From Chiloscyllium plagiosum (Eukaryota): DNA of 64,000 nucleotides. A program made the translations under genes and the position numbers. The DNA lies in contig NC_057719.1 in the NCBI RefSeq assembly GCF_004010195.1, positions 35,074,264 through 35,138,263 of the forward strand, given 5' to 3'. Within the stretch, counting starts at the first letter, position 1, and each line of letters starts with the position of its first letter. Shown here one piece after another: positions 12,801-26,089 of the stretch. The notes below the pieces were generated by a model. It had not been told where the DNA came from, searched no databases, and saw nothing but the letters and a program-made list of their open reading frames with translations.

Positions 12801-13500
12801 CAAAGCTTTACTCTGTAGAAGCTGTCACCACTGGAGCAAAGATATACAATGACTCATATTCCTCCAAGCTCCACGAACATAATTTGGGCCACTGCAGTCA
12901 CTTATTCCCCATTCTGCATTCCCAAGACCTTTGTGATAATCTGCCTTGTTGCTGGCTGGACGGCCTCCAAGCTATCCCCAAACTTTAAATAAGGCTAAAG
13001 TTAACATGGACTCACAATAAACGGAGCTAAAACTTCACACATACTGCTGCCATTGTATACATTCTACAAGATCCTACTTACCAAGGGTCCTGCGCCAGCA
13101 CCTTCCAAACTTGTGATCTCTATCACTTAGAAGGACAGCTATTTTTAGGGTTTTCTGTTTCACCTCAACACTCAGTCGTCAGTCAGTTTGTTTTTTCTCA
13201 CTCAAGGTTTGGCAGAGCCATCAGCTCAGGAAGACCTTGCGCTTGCAGACTAGAAGATCCTGGATTTTCTGATCGAACCAGTCTTGGTGTTTTCTGGTCA
13301 ACAGGCTGAGTGGCTCAATGCAAGACTTTCTTCTGAGGTTATTTGAGTCTAGCCACAGCAGTGACGTCTATCTACGGCTTTCTCCAATCTCACAAAGGCC
13401 TAGGCCTACGTCTATATCTGTCAACTGCGAGGGACTGTGGGACATTCTCAAATTCGACTGCCTGCAGAAATGTGTCACCATTCTCTGCCTATTTATCACA

Positions 13501-13826
13501 GAATCTTTGAATCCCTGCAGTGTACTCAAGGCCATTCAACCTATCAAGTCTGCACCAACTCTCCAAAACAACATCCAACCCAGACTTGCCCTCCTAGCCT
13601 AGACCTTAACCATGGTTAATCCACCTAAACCTGCACATCCTTGCACTCTACAGAGCAATTTAGAATGGCCAATCCACCTAACCTGCCTATCTTTGGACTG
13701 TGTGAGGAAACCAGAGCACCCATACAGACACAGGGAGAACCTGCAAATTGCACACAGACCCAAAGCTAGAATCAAACCTGGGTCCCTGACATTATTAGGC
13801 GGCAGTACTAACTACTGTGCCACCAT
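13501..13826 (-). mobile_element. HE1-like V-SINE
   Basis: Minus strand begins GGTGGCACAGTAGTTAG (A box)...GGTTTGATTC (B box); central block shared with 20110 and 25238 copies. Confidence 0.82.
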
Positions 13827-14597
13827 GCTTGACACGCAAACTATGGTCCTCATCAACAGATTCACTACAGACCCAATATGAATGTAAACTGGGGTCAGGT
13901 AGGGCCGTACTATTGCACCAACACTCTTCTTCACCTTCCTGCTGGAATATTCCACCCCCTGTGAAGCTCCCCACCAGAGTGGAGCACCCGGAGTGCCTCC
14001 CTAAACAAACATAACATTTCCACCAATCCCAACAACAAGTTGGAGAAGAAGCATCCACAAAGGCATCAATCACTTTAAGCATCATTGAGTGGAACACATG
14101 GATGCCAAATAGAAACAGCACATAGAATCTATAGCATCCCACCCACATGCCTCATCCGTGGCAGAGTCTGCAGTTCTAAGATTGAACTATTCAGCCACCA
14201 CAGAACTCATCCCCCCATGGAGTGGAAACAAGTTATCCTCGATCCTGAGGGACTGCTAAAGAATAATGGACTCTTCTATTTTACTAATAACAGATTTTAG
14301 GCTAACTGATCTAAAGTTTCCCACTTTCTGTCTCCTTCCCTTCATGAAATGAGGGGGGGGGGCGGGGGGGGGAAGAGAAATCACATTAGCAGACTTCCAC
14401 TCTGCTGGAACCCTCCAGTGAGTTCTGGAATATTTAGACTAATGCCTCCATTACCTTTGCAGCCACTTAATTAAAATGCTTAGATTCTGGCCATCAGATC
14501 CTGGCAACTTGCCTGCTTTCAGGTTAAATAATTGTGGTTAGGGATGGGCAATACATGTTAGCCTTGCCAGTGAAACTTACATCCTGTGAATAATTGA

Positions 14598-15118
14598 GGG
14601 GAGGCAACGGCATAGTGGTAATGACACTCAACTAGTAATCCAGAAACATGGGTTAATATATTAGGGACATGGGATTTAAATCCCATCATGGTCCATTGTC
14701 TGAATTCACTGGAATAATCAGCAAGCTTCATGAAAATCATGTAACCACTGTTGACAGTCATAAAAAGCCATAGGGTTCACTAATGTCCTTTAGGGAAGGA
14801 AACTGCTATCCTTACCTGGTCTGGCCTACACGCGACTCCAGACCCACAGCAATGTGGTTGACTCTTAACTGCCCTTTGGACAATTAGGAATGTGTAATAA
14901 ATGCTGCTAGCCAGTGATGCCCTCATCCTGTGAATGAATAAATTAAAAAGAAAATCCTTCAGGGAAGGAAATCTGCCACCCTTACCTAGTCTGACTTACA
15001 TAGGACACCAGGTCCACAGAAATGTGGTTAACTCCTAACCACAACCTGGGCAATTTGAGAGAGGCAATAAATGATGCTTTAGCCAGCGAAGACCATATCC
15101 CATGAATGAGTAAAAAAA
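14598..15118 (+). mobile_element. Deu-type SINE followed by a second 3'-half copy
   Basis: Full copy about 14598-14945; repeat of AGGGAAGGAAA..CCTTACC..CCACAG..AATAAATG block at 14955-15115. Confidence 0.78.
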
Positions 15119-16279
15119 GTCAATGAAATTAAATGTGCTCTGTCAACACACTGAATCCTATATTCAATTCTAGTTAGCACAGCGCAATGGAGATATTCAT
15201 TCAGCAGAGAAGTTATTATGAATTACTGGAGAAACACAGTCTTCTAGTCCAGAAAGGAAGAGTCTAAGAAGTGACTCAATATAGTAAACTCAAGACACCA
15301 CAGTCTTACCAGACCAGAGGACTGCTCAAATCATTACTGAGAGACAACTGGTGTAGTTTAACCTGAGGATTACCATACCTCAGACTTGATCACCACTTCA
15401 TGCCTTAGGTACAGAACACAACACTTACATTTAAGATTTAAATAAGATTATGCATGTCCCAATGCTTAGTCTTATAGTGTTGCCAAATTGGGCCATCACA
15501 CATTTTTATAAAGTATCCACTGATGGATCTTTATGTCTGATGTTATCTTTAAAGCTCTAGTAATTAGAAGTTAGCCATTCAAGAGTGCATTATGTCCTTT
15601 CTGTAATTACTTTGGTTATCTAATAGCTAATACACAATATGCAATGCAAAATTATTAAAATGTCAACTAAATTTAAAGTACCCACAATCCAATAGGAATG
15701 TAGTTGCAATCCAGTTCCAGACTTATTATTTCGATTCCTCACAAGGGATTTAGACTGAAAAGTCACCAGCTCCAAGAGTATATTTCATATGTACAGATAT
15801 GTTCTACCATGTATACAGAATCTTATACAGCTTTTACACAAAAACACCCAGATTAGTATTTCAGCAAGTTTGTTATTGTGGAACAACAAATACAGCAACC
15901 AAAACAAAAGTCTCACACATGGATCACAGACCCCAAAGACTTGGCTGTATATAACAATTGCTGTTATTGTATATGGAGGAATTTCAAGGTCTTTTGTTAT
16001 TACTGAAAAACAAAGCATAAGTTACATACTCATTGGGGAATTCTACTTCATTCTCTGATGTAAATGACGCTATTTGCAACAGGAAAATTCTACCTGTCAC
16101 AATGTAAATTTGAAATGTGCAGAGCAGTAGTCATGCATTTATCTAACTCCTGAAAACACTTCTCAGAAAACAATTTTTCAAGAAATTTACAAGAGCTCAA
16201 AAACATACTTTTTTCTTATATTTGTTAGTAGTTTGTTGATACCATAAATCATTAGATTTAACAAGTCATACATCTTGAG

Positions 16280-17415
16280 AATTTGACAAGAACCCACGTG
16301 GAAGGCTGGTCCAAAAGGTAAGAGCCCATTGAATCCAACAAGTTGACAAACTGGATCTAAAATCAGCTTACAAATAGGAGACAAAGGGTGATAGTGGAGA
16401 TTGTTTTTGTAATTGGAAGCCTCTGACCAGCAGTGCACCACAGAAGTAGGTGCTGGGACTCTTGCTGTTTGTTACGTACATTAACAACTTGAATACGAAT
16501 GCAGAATGTTTGATTGGTAAATTTACAGATTACAGAAAAATTGGGATGTCGTTCATAGTGAGGAAGATGGTCTCAGGCTACAATTTGATATTAATCAGCT
16601 GGTAAATTGGGCAAAGCAATGGCAGATGGAATTTAATCCCAATCAGTGCAAGATGACACACTTTGGGAAGTCTAATAAGGGAAGCATGTACACAATGAAT
16701 GGTAGGTCCCTAGAGAGTACTGTGGAACAAAGAAATCTTGGTGTACAAGTCCATAGATCCCGGAGGGGTGTCAGCACAGTTAGACAGGATGCTGGAGGAA
16801 TATGGAATGCTTGCTTTCATGAGCTGGGGTGTAGAATATAGGAGCAAGGAAGTCTTGTTACAACTTCATAAAACATTGATTAGGTTACAGATGCAGTTCT
16901 GTATGCAGTTCTGATCATTACACTATCAGAAGGATGTGCTTGCACTGGAGAGGGTGCAGAAGAGATTCATGAATATGTTGCCTGGGATGAAAAGTCTCTT
17001 ATGAGAGACTGGATTTCCTTGGAGCAGAGGTGGTTGAAGGGGAAATCTAATTGAGGTATACAAAATTTTCAGAAACATAGACAGAGTAGTTCATGAGAAT
17101 CTTTCCCCCATGGGAGATGTGTCTAATACCAGAGGGCACAAGTTTCAGGTGAGGAATAAGTGATTTAGGGGAGATCTGAGAAAAGGTTTTTTCACCCATA
17201 GGATGGTAGATACACGGAACATGCTGCCTGAGGGGGTGGTGGAGGCAGATATTCTTGCAACATTTAAGATACATCTGGATGAGTACTTAAAATGCCAGGG
17301 TACAGTAGGCTATGGACCAAGTGCATAGGTAAGTGGGATTAATGTAGCTTGGTGTTTGTTAGTCAGCATAGAAATGATGGGCAGAAGTGCCTGTTTCTAT
17401 GCTGCATGACTGGAT
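16280..17415 (+). mobile_element. CR1 RT/3' fragment
   Basis: MEFNPNQC (ORF 16626..16841), LERVQKRF-like and TRGH-like remnants. Confidence 0.88.
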
Positions 17416-17777
17416 GAGAATTTGAATGACAGATTCACATAAACAGTTACAAAAGCAGAAACTGCTAAGGGTCATAGAACTCAATGTTAAATCTGTTTTC
17501 CTCTCCATGGATGTTATCAGACCTGCTCAGTTTTTCCAGCAATTTGTTTCTATTTCAGATTTAGAGTATCCGTAATATTTTACTTTTATCACATCAGCAA
17601 GTATTATATTAATATTTTCCAATTCATCACAAATTAGAATTAATATGCAATTTTTCATAACTGTAAACCAATTATATTATGTGCTATATTGTGCACTGAA
17701 ATCCTTCTTCAAAACTGAAAATGAAAAGTTATATTTTTTGGATTAAGAGCTTACATTGATTGAAATAAAATGCTTAC

Positions 17778-17986
17778 TTCAGCAACATAGTAATGTGGTT
17801 GGTGTTCAGTTTCAGCTCTTTAATGGAACAAGCTACTGCATCTTCTTGTTCCTGTGCTTCTTTTACAATGCTCCCAATTTCTGTCCAGTCAATCTGATTA
17901 GCTAAGGCACTGCGTATCACTTCAATAGCTTTATCAACAGCATTCAGATTCATCTCAATTAGCTCTCCTTTCAACTTGTCATATTC
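17778..17986 (-). CDS. NEMF: NEMF coding exon 13, [13 protein letters not shown]...[12 protein letters not shown]...NHITMLL(K)
   Basis: 209 bp, caatag/GTAAGC; overlaps ORF 17774..17974. Confidence 0.97.
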
Positions 17987-19929
17987 CTATTGAAACAAAA
18001 ACATGGATAAAATTTAATTGCACTTGAAATAAATGTCATTCAAAGTAATTTATAACAAATATATGAATAAACAATATTTATTAATACAAATATATCACAT
18101 TAATGTAGAAAAACATTATTTCAGGAGTATACTAAAAAAGGTCACCTCACCAATGAATAATATAGACAGAAGGGAAATCAAGTTTGTGAATTTTAAGGCG
18201 TGCTTAAAGGAAGAAATCAAATTAATGACGTAGGGAACAAATTTCACAGCAAGAGCCTTAGCTGAGTATTTGGGAGGAGAGGAAGGTGTGTAGGTCACAG
18301 TAGATGGGCTAAGATAGGAGGAGAGATGCATGATCTAATAGAGGTGGGAGTAAATGGATTCTCTGATGGAGAAGATATGGTGTCAGAAGACCAAGAGCAC
18401 CCACTCTTTCGGACTTACAGGTATTACCTCAAATCGAAATGGTGTTTACAGACTTTTGTTAATTATGCTGAACACCCTCTTGGGCAAGGGCATAGGTCCA
18501 GCCGATGTCTGCAGACAGTATGCAAACAAAAGGCAGATAATGACATTAATCTGTTGATGCCAGCACTGCCAATTTGGAGCTCAATGCTTCAGCCATCAGC
18601 CTCTCTGAACCTTTCATTATCAAACATGCATTAAGCAGGACAGGCCTTCACCAGTGAAAATTAAAGGCATCATCAACCACTTAAAAGATGAGTTACTAGT
18701 GCTTTCCATCATCTTCCAAATTGGTGTAATGGGTGGTGAAGGATTTCTCATTGACTTCAAGGCACCTGCAGAAACTAGAAGAGCAGACAGCTGCTAGAAT
18801 GGGAAGGAGAAGAGTTCTCATCCATAGACTAAAAATGTTCAGAAAGTAACATTCCTTCCTAAGTCTCAGCAAGGAACAGTGTGAGATGTCTGCACTTCAG
18901 TAAAGGAAGTTTGCCATTTACTGCACCTGCAATGCAAAGCAAAACAAGAACCACTATGTCAGTGGCTAAGGTGGCGGCCACGGCCATGAAATTTTCACAT
19001 GGATGGCATCCTGCACATTGCATCCACTATTGCAGAGAGGAGATGACATAACAACATTTCAGGCAAAGAGCACACATGCTTTTGTCTGTGCACACTGCAT
19101 GTAATACCACCCCCCCCCTCCACCACATCACTTTAACTGATCCTCCAAAACACAGTCAGCGAGCCACTGGATTTTTCCTCCAATTGTCCTGTGACACAAA
19201 CATCATTGGCAAGGACAGCGTATATTGCTCATCCATAACAGCCCTGCAGAAAGTGATGGCGAGACAGACGCTTGGGCCCCTGCAGTCCACGTAGTGTTAG
19301 CATATCCACAATGCGGAGGGTGAGAAATCAAAACAGCGCTGTGCTTTTCAACATCCCATTAACTTTTACCAGTTTAGCCTCAGTCCTTTGGGCAGGGCAG
19401 AGCACCCTGAACAGGTAAATACATGGGACTATGGCAAGGAGGAACACAAAGCTAGGTACCAACAATGCAATGACAACTGAGAGGAGCATATAAAAGTCAG
19501 TTGGAGGCTAATTATAGGATTTTGAAAAGGGATAACAGTTGTTTCTATGGGGAAAGAACTGGAGTGCAGTGATGGTCATTAATGATGTCAGTGAGTACTG
19601 CAGCAAGGAGGCGTGATTGAGTGGTCAGGAGTGTGGTGTGAAGTAGATGATTCCCACAGAGTAAAAAATCCAGTAAAAAGACTAGGGAAAGGGAGATGAG
19701 AAGAATAACTGATAGAGATGCTGCAAAATGAAAGGTGATAACTGCTGCAGCTATCCAGTTCATCTCAATCTGAAAGATGAAAATCATCAGGTCTCCAATC
19801 CAAACTAAAGAAAGTTATGCACACAATATCATCAAAAGGTCTACTGTACTTAAATTAGCATTCACAGCAGCAAGTTTATATTTACCCTTCATACTCTCGA
19901 AATCGTTACACATTTATAACTAGTCTTAC

Positions 19930-20007
19930 CTGATTTGCTTGTAGTGCATCCAATCTTTTTTCATGGTCTTTACGAACATTTTCCAGTTTCTTCAATGCTT
20001 GTTTTTC
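19930..20007 (-). CDS. NEMF: NEMF coding exon 12, EKQALKKLENVRKDHEKRLDALQANQ
   Basis: 78 bp, ttcaag/GTAAGA; coiled-coil region. Confidence 0.96.
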
Positions 20008-20109
20008 CTTGAAAGATGAAATGGAAGGCATGATGTATACCAAGCATTTTGTCCACCCTAATCATCAATGGATGCAACCTTTCACTTGTAAAATTTCAAA
20101 ATAGATTAA

Positions 20110-20390
20110 TAGAATCCCTATAGTGCAGAAAGAAGTCATTCAGCCCATCAGTCTGCAACAACCCTCCAAACAGCACCTGGACCCAACCCCACACACCAAC
20201 CCTGTAACCCTGTGTAAGGTTTTAACCATGGTCAATCCACTAACCTGCCTATCACTGGATGTGGGAGGAAACTAGAGCATCCATGCAGACCTGGAGAGAA
20301 CATGCAAACTTCACACAGACAGATGCCCAAAGCTGGATTGAACCCAGGTCCTTGCGCTTTGAGGCAGTAGAAACCACTGTACCACTCAGC
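20110..20390 (-). mobile_element. HE1-like V-SINE
   Basis: Minus-strand GGTTCAATCC B box; same body as 13501 and 25238 copies. Confidence 0.8.
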
Positions 20391-20730
20391 AAATCACGTT
20401 CTGGATTTAAAGACCAACTGGACAATAGTTCAGAAATCAAAGCTTGAAAGAATGTGCTACTGCAGATTAGTTTCAAGCTTGAGAATACCTCTTCCAATCT
20501 GCATTAATTGTGATCTCATGTAAAGTGCTCCAATAAAATATCCAGGTGACCTTGGAATGAAGTGGATACCAGAACGATCTCTGTTGCCACCAGGAGCACC
20601 CTAACCCTCCCCAAACTCCAAACCTAGCTCAGTAACCCTATCCAGGAGCCTTTGTTTTCAAAGAGATGATATGATACCTGCTCTCAGTCCTAAAGACCAC
20701 ACGTCAACGACTACTTAGCCAATGAAGCAT

Positions 20731-21500
20731 TGTTATGAAGTTGAAGACATGCACTGTACCTTTAAAAGAGAGAATGCTGTTCTGAACTGACAGATTACAG
20801 GCGCCTGTGTATCTGCCTAGATGGCAGTTTCAGAGTGTACTGGAAAATTGAAAATATGTAACACTGGCTGTGAAATGGATACCAGAGTTTTGGTTGCTGT
20901 TTTGACAATTCGAATTTAACCAGTTTAAACTATGCCCCGGGATACTAAAACCCAATCACGTTTGATGTTATTGTTTTGCCAACATCAAACTAATGAGATG
21001 ATCTGATGTGGGGAGTATAAGAATGCAGACATTTTGAAATTTAGTCAGAGAGCAACCGCCATAGAGAGATGAATTCCCGTAGAGCTAAATGCACATCTAA
21101 TAACATGCTCTTTATGAAATTAAGAAAAAAAACCTTTTTAATCAAAGGTATCTTTTCACGCTAAGCCTATTTACAGCGAAAAGAAAGACAACAACCCAGG
21201 GAGATCAGCAGTAGGAAAACTGAAGAGAGCCGGGAAGACAAAGGCGGTGTAGTTTTGAGATTAAATGAATGTAATTTTAATATGCTGTCATATTGGAACA
21301 GCATATTTTATAGAATGGGGTCAGATAGTAAGTAGTTAAGAAAAGGGAGGCTTGGGTTTGTAAATCGTCGTTGTTTAGTGTTCACTATTAGAGTTAAGAT
21401 AATAAAGAAAAGAAAATTTCTTTAAATAGTGGAATTTAGGAGTTCTCGGTCACTCACATTTTAAAAGGTGTTTGGTTTAATTAACAGGGACTTTGTAACA
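20731..21500 (+). mobile_element. Probable solo LTR
   Basis: Starts TGTTA, ends TAACA; TATA-like GTATAAGA near 21016, AATAAA at 21401; no clean TSD (GCAT vs GTTT). Confidence 0.5.
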
Positions 21501-22419
21501 GTTTTGAGTGAATGTATTTTGCTTCATTGACTCAGATTAGAAGATACTAATCTGGACACAATGCACTCTCAATCAGTCTTTCATGAAATTAGGTCAGAAT
21601 TTAATGATACAAGTGTAAAAAAAAAATCAACATTTCTGAACACATTATGTCACATCTCCATGGTCATCACATCATTCAGAGGTGAAACTTAAACCCAGCC
21701 AAACCTTTTGGGCCAGGTGTAGAGGTACTACACTGTGCCACAAGACCATTTATAATTGAAGTTCCTGCAGTTGACATGGTAGCACATTCTGCTCTGTGTA
21801 CTGAAGACAGACAAACACTATGTAATCACTGTACCATGATTATTGGATTAGCTTTTGAGAATGCCTCACATTCCAGTCCTGAACTCCATTCTCTTTCAAA
21901 AGGTCAGTTATTCATTCCTTCCACTTTGAGAACTGCTTTGTTGACATCGAAACCAGTTGCAGTTGATTTTTGGATCCATGTGGTGAGGTCAGTGCAGTAA
22001 CTTGAATCCATCTACAACACCCCAAAAACCCTATTCTTCATTGCTCCTTTTATGTAGTACCCCCTTTTCCCCTAGAATCCCTTCTCCTTGTTTCAGATGA
22101 GCTGCTTTAAGTGACTATCAACATCTCAATTTTACTCGTACCAACATGCAAATACTTTTGCTGGCTCTGCACCTTTACATATAGAGACAAGAATATAACA
22201 AATTGCCTTTACCTCCAAACACCCCACTTCATAACTGTGAAGTATCCCTCTCGCTCCCTGTGACTGTGCTCAATGACTGAGGGACTAGCACAATTAGCCC
22301 AGTTCTCAGACATGAACTGCCAACACCACAATATGGATGTCAGTTGGACCCAGTTGAATGACCAAGATTAATTTTGTTTGACTGCCAGGACTAACCCTGG
22401 CCCGAATCAACAGACTGAA

Positions 22420-23292
22420 GCAGATGACACAAAGATAGGTGGAAGGACAGGTAGTGTTGAGAAGGTGGAGAGGCTGCAAAAGGGTTTGGACAGGCTAGAA
22501 GCATGAGCAATGAAGTGGTAGATGGAATACAATGTGGGAAAGTGTGAAGTTATGCACATGGTCAGTAGAATAGAGATACAGACTATTTCCTAAGTAGGGA
22601 AAGGCTTCAGATATCTGAAGCACAAAGGGGCTTGGGAGTCCTGATTACGGTTAACATGCAAGTTCAGATGGCACTTAGGAAGACAAATCCAATGTTAGCA
22701 TTCATTTTGAGAGGGCTAGAACACAAGAGCTGCTGAGGCTGCATAAGGCACTGGTCAGACCATATTTAGAATATAGTGAGCCATTTTGGGTCCTATATAG
22801 GAAGAATGTGCTGGCCTTGCAGGGGTCCAGAGGAAGTCTACATGAATGATCCCAGAGATATAGGACTTGTTATATGAGGGACAGTTGAGGACTTCTCATC
22901 TGTACTTGATGGGAGTTTAGAAGAATGAGGAGGGGATCTCACTGAAACTTACAGAATACTAAGAGGCCTGGATAGAGTGGGCATTGAGATGTTTTGACTA
23001 ATAGGAGGCTAGGACCTAAGGGCGCAGCCTCAGAATGAAGAGATGATCCTTTAGAATTGAAAAGAGGAGGAATTTCTTCAGCCAGAGGGTGGTGAATCTG
23101 TGGAACCCATGGCCACAGAAAGTTGTGGAGGTCAAGTCACAGTGTATTGAAGACAGGGTTAATAAGGGGGATCAAAGATTATGGGGAGAAGGCAGGAGAA
23201 TGGGTTTGAGAAACAGAGTAGCCATGATCAAATGGTAGAGGGGACTCAATGGCCCAAATGAATAGTCTGCTCCTTTATCTTATGATCTTGTG
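22420..23292 (+). mobile_element. CR1 3' fragment (second subfamily)
   Basis: ATGGAATACAATGTGGGAAAGTGTGAAG (MEYNVGKCE), LVRPYLEY and FFSQRVVNLWN remnants. Confidence 0.85.
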
Positions 23293-24455
23293 GAAACTGC
23301 TTTCATGTGGCCAAAACCCAAACTAGAAATAGCCCAGCTCTTGGACTGAATGTGGCATATTCCCTGGCTGATGGGAGTCTGTATTTGACTCACTAAGCAC
23401 ACCTGGCTTTTCCCATGCACACATTGTCACACTCTTCAAGCATATACAACATGTTTGCCACATAAGCTGATGTTAACACATCACAATGCTGTAAAGCAAC
23501 ATGTAAGAGCTTTCATGGTCTCCTATAGCCACAAGTTATTTATCTTTACTTCTGTGTAGAAGCTTCCTGTTTAGATACAAACTGCTTGGTTTGTCTTGTG
23601 CTAATTTGTCACTTGAGAAGCTAACGCTGCTGTCTCAAGCACCACTGTGAAAGAAAAGCTGTAACCTCATTATGCCCAAAGTGGCATCTAAAAAACTGAT
23701 GCTGGCATTGTGATTTTGCCCCGATGGCTGGAGTTATACTTCAGAGATCCATTGTGCCTTAGGCATTATAGAGGTACTTATATAATGTCTAAGGCACAAT
23801 GAGCACAGTGAAGGTGTCAGAAGAGGCGGTGGAAACTGTGTTCTCACCTGGACTAGAGGCAGAGTACCAAAAAGTTACCAGGTATGCACTTAGTTTTTGC
23901 AGTCAGATTTCTGAAATGTCAAGAATCTCAACTGGACAGAAATTATTTGAAAAGGTAAAGTTAATTAATGTTAATTAATGCTGTTGAGTAAGGTAATTAA
24001 TGAGATGCAAATACATGAATACAGACTTCTCATTACCTGATAGTGAGAAGGTGATCTAGCCATGGAAGGAGGGAGGACTGAATTGCAAAAGGTCTTCTCA
24101 ATAGCAGGAATTTTATTTTTGGGTTTTCACTCATTTAACTCATCACACTCGCCAAAGTTTGCATTCTCAGAGTGCAAAATTGCCCAACTGATTGCAGCCC
24201 TTTCAACTGTTGGTCTCTTGCCAAAGTTTGAACATTTTGGTTACAACAGCAATGGGAAGAAGCATTCTCATTTGAACCCCACAAAAGAGAAACAATAAAT
24301 TGCACTTATCAGGTTTATCAATTGAAAGATGCTTTAAGCAGAAAATCTTGATAAAATTTTCTCAATATTATATAAAGAAAGAAAGACTATTAAACTGAAT
24401 TTAGGACATTATGAAACAAATTTAGGGGAAGCGCATACAGTTATCAACATTTCAT

Positions 24456-24554
24456 AGATGGAAATGTGTTGCTGGAAAAGCGCAGCAGGTCAGGCAGCAT
24501 CTAGGGAACAGGAGAATCGACGTTTCGGGCATTAGCCCTTCTTCAGGAATCTCC
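24456..24554 (-). mobile_element. 99-bp PLE-derived mini insertion with 14-bp TSD
   Basis: TATCAACATTTCAT at 24442-24455 and 24555-24568. Confidence 0.9.
24511..24554 (-). ncRNA. Minimal type-I hammerhead ribozyme motif, core intact
   Basis: GGAGATTC-CTGAAGA-A-GGGC(TAAT)GCCC-GAA-ACGT-C-GATTCTCC; stem I 7/8 pairs, GUC cleavage triplet. Confidence 0.75.
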
Positions 24555-25121
24555 TATCAACATTTCATCCTCAGCCACATGATAGCAAAGGAAGATATGG
24601 GAACTTGACCCACAAAACAAAACACAATCCGGTACAAGGAAGAAAGATTTACCTTGATGGGTGCTGCATATTTCTAGGATAAACGGGAGCTATTCTGCAA
24701 GGAATTGCTATATCTTAAAATGGAAGGGCTTTAATTTAATGGCTGAGGATCACTTTCTTTCTAGACAACAAAAAAATTGAAAAATAAAAATATTTCTGTA
24801 AATGTAATCATGAATGTTTAGTGTCACTACAACCACAATGCCTCAAAGATGAACAAGAGAGAAGTCGCAACAAATTTGGCAAAATCTCACAGGATATAGA
24901 TCACATGGCTAAACTAGCTCATGCTAGTATTTATGCCCCACTTACGCCAAAACAATCATAAGTTAGAATGCTAAAGGTATATCTTCAACATGGAAAACTG
25001 CATGGAATGACTGTGCAGCTAGCTGCTGAGAGAAGACACAGAGAAATATCAATAATGCGCAATTACAGAATTTAAAATAAAACATAACTTTTCAGGGCTG
25101 TAATAACCAGTCAAATCTTAC

Positions 25122-25184
25122 CTGTTGCAAAGCTTTTAAGTCTATTTTCTGGCTTTCTAGCTTTGAGTAAAACTCATCAACTGC
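25122..25184 (-). CDS. NEMF: NEMF coding exon 11, AVDEFYSKLESQKIDLKALQQ
   Basis: 63 bp, gttcag/GTAAGA. Confidence 0.96.
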
Positions 25185-25237
25185 CTGAACAAAAATAGAT
25201 TTTACAATGTCAGTACAAAAAATTAAAAATTAGAATT

Positions 25238-25520
25238 AGAATCCCTACAGAGTGCAAACAGGCCCTTCGGCCCAACAAGTCCACATCGACCCTCCGAAGA
25301 GTAACCCAGACCCATTCCCCCACCCTATGTTTACCTGACTAATGCACCTAACCTATACATCCCTGAACACTAGGGGCAATTTAGCATGGCCAATTCACCT
25401 AACCTGCACATCTTTGGATTGTGGAAGGAAACTGGAGCACCCGGAGGAAACCCACGCAGACACAGGGAGAATGTGCAAACTCCACACAGTCGCACAAGGC
25501 TGGAATCGGTCTTTGAACAC
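25238..25520 (-). mobile_element. HE1-like V-SINE, 5'-truncated
   Basis: GTGGAAGGAAACTGGAGCACCCGGAGGAAACCCACGCAGACAC core; (AGAATT)n-like tail at left. Confidence 0.83.
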
Positions 25521-26089
25521 TGAGTGTTAGTGAACTATTTAGCTCAGAATGTACACTAAACCCAAGCCCAATCCTGCCTTTACCTGTACTTCCAACAGAT
25601 GCTGTTTCGTAACTATTAAGAACAGAAACTCTGTAACCAATAGACACCAAAACCAGCTCAGTAGTCCTGTCTGCATCCCAATCGACATAAAAAAACGCAA
25701 TACGGACCAAGCTGGCTTTTATGGCCCAGCTTTCATGGATTTATTATTGGAGTAATACTTATGTGAGTTTTGTTTCCACTTCAAAATGAATCACAATTTT
25801 GTCAAGGATTTTATTCTCTGGTATTAGACAAATAATTCAAAGATTTTTCCTTCTATATCAAACTCAAAAATAAGCAACCTGCAAAATTAATAATTTTCCT
25901 TTCATACTCAATGTTTAATGGCAACAATTTTTCACTGAAATTTTATTTACAGCACATACGGTAATCTATTATCTATAACATCCCATTAAATGTAATTATA
26001 AATGCCATGTATTTCCAGTAATGATTATAGTACAACAAATGGAACAAAATGCCAGTCATTGTTTTATATCATTTCACCTGTTAAGTAAT

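Noticed and set aside
13770..13826. tRNA genes at A/B-box motifs (also about 5390-5460, 14600-14690, 20330-20390)
   Set aside because: They are SINE heads continuing into SINE bodies; no complete cloverleaf.
13140..14260. Possible further PLE fragments flanking the V-SINE
   Set aside because: Looks repeat-derived but I could not read a diagnostic motif.
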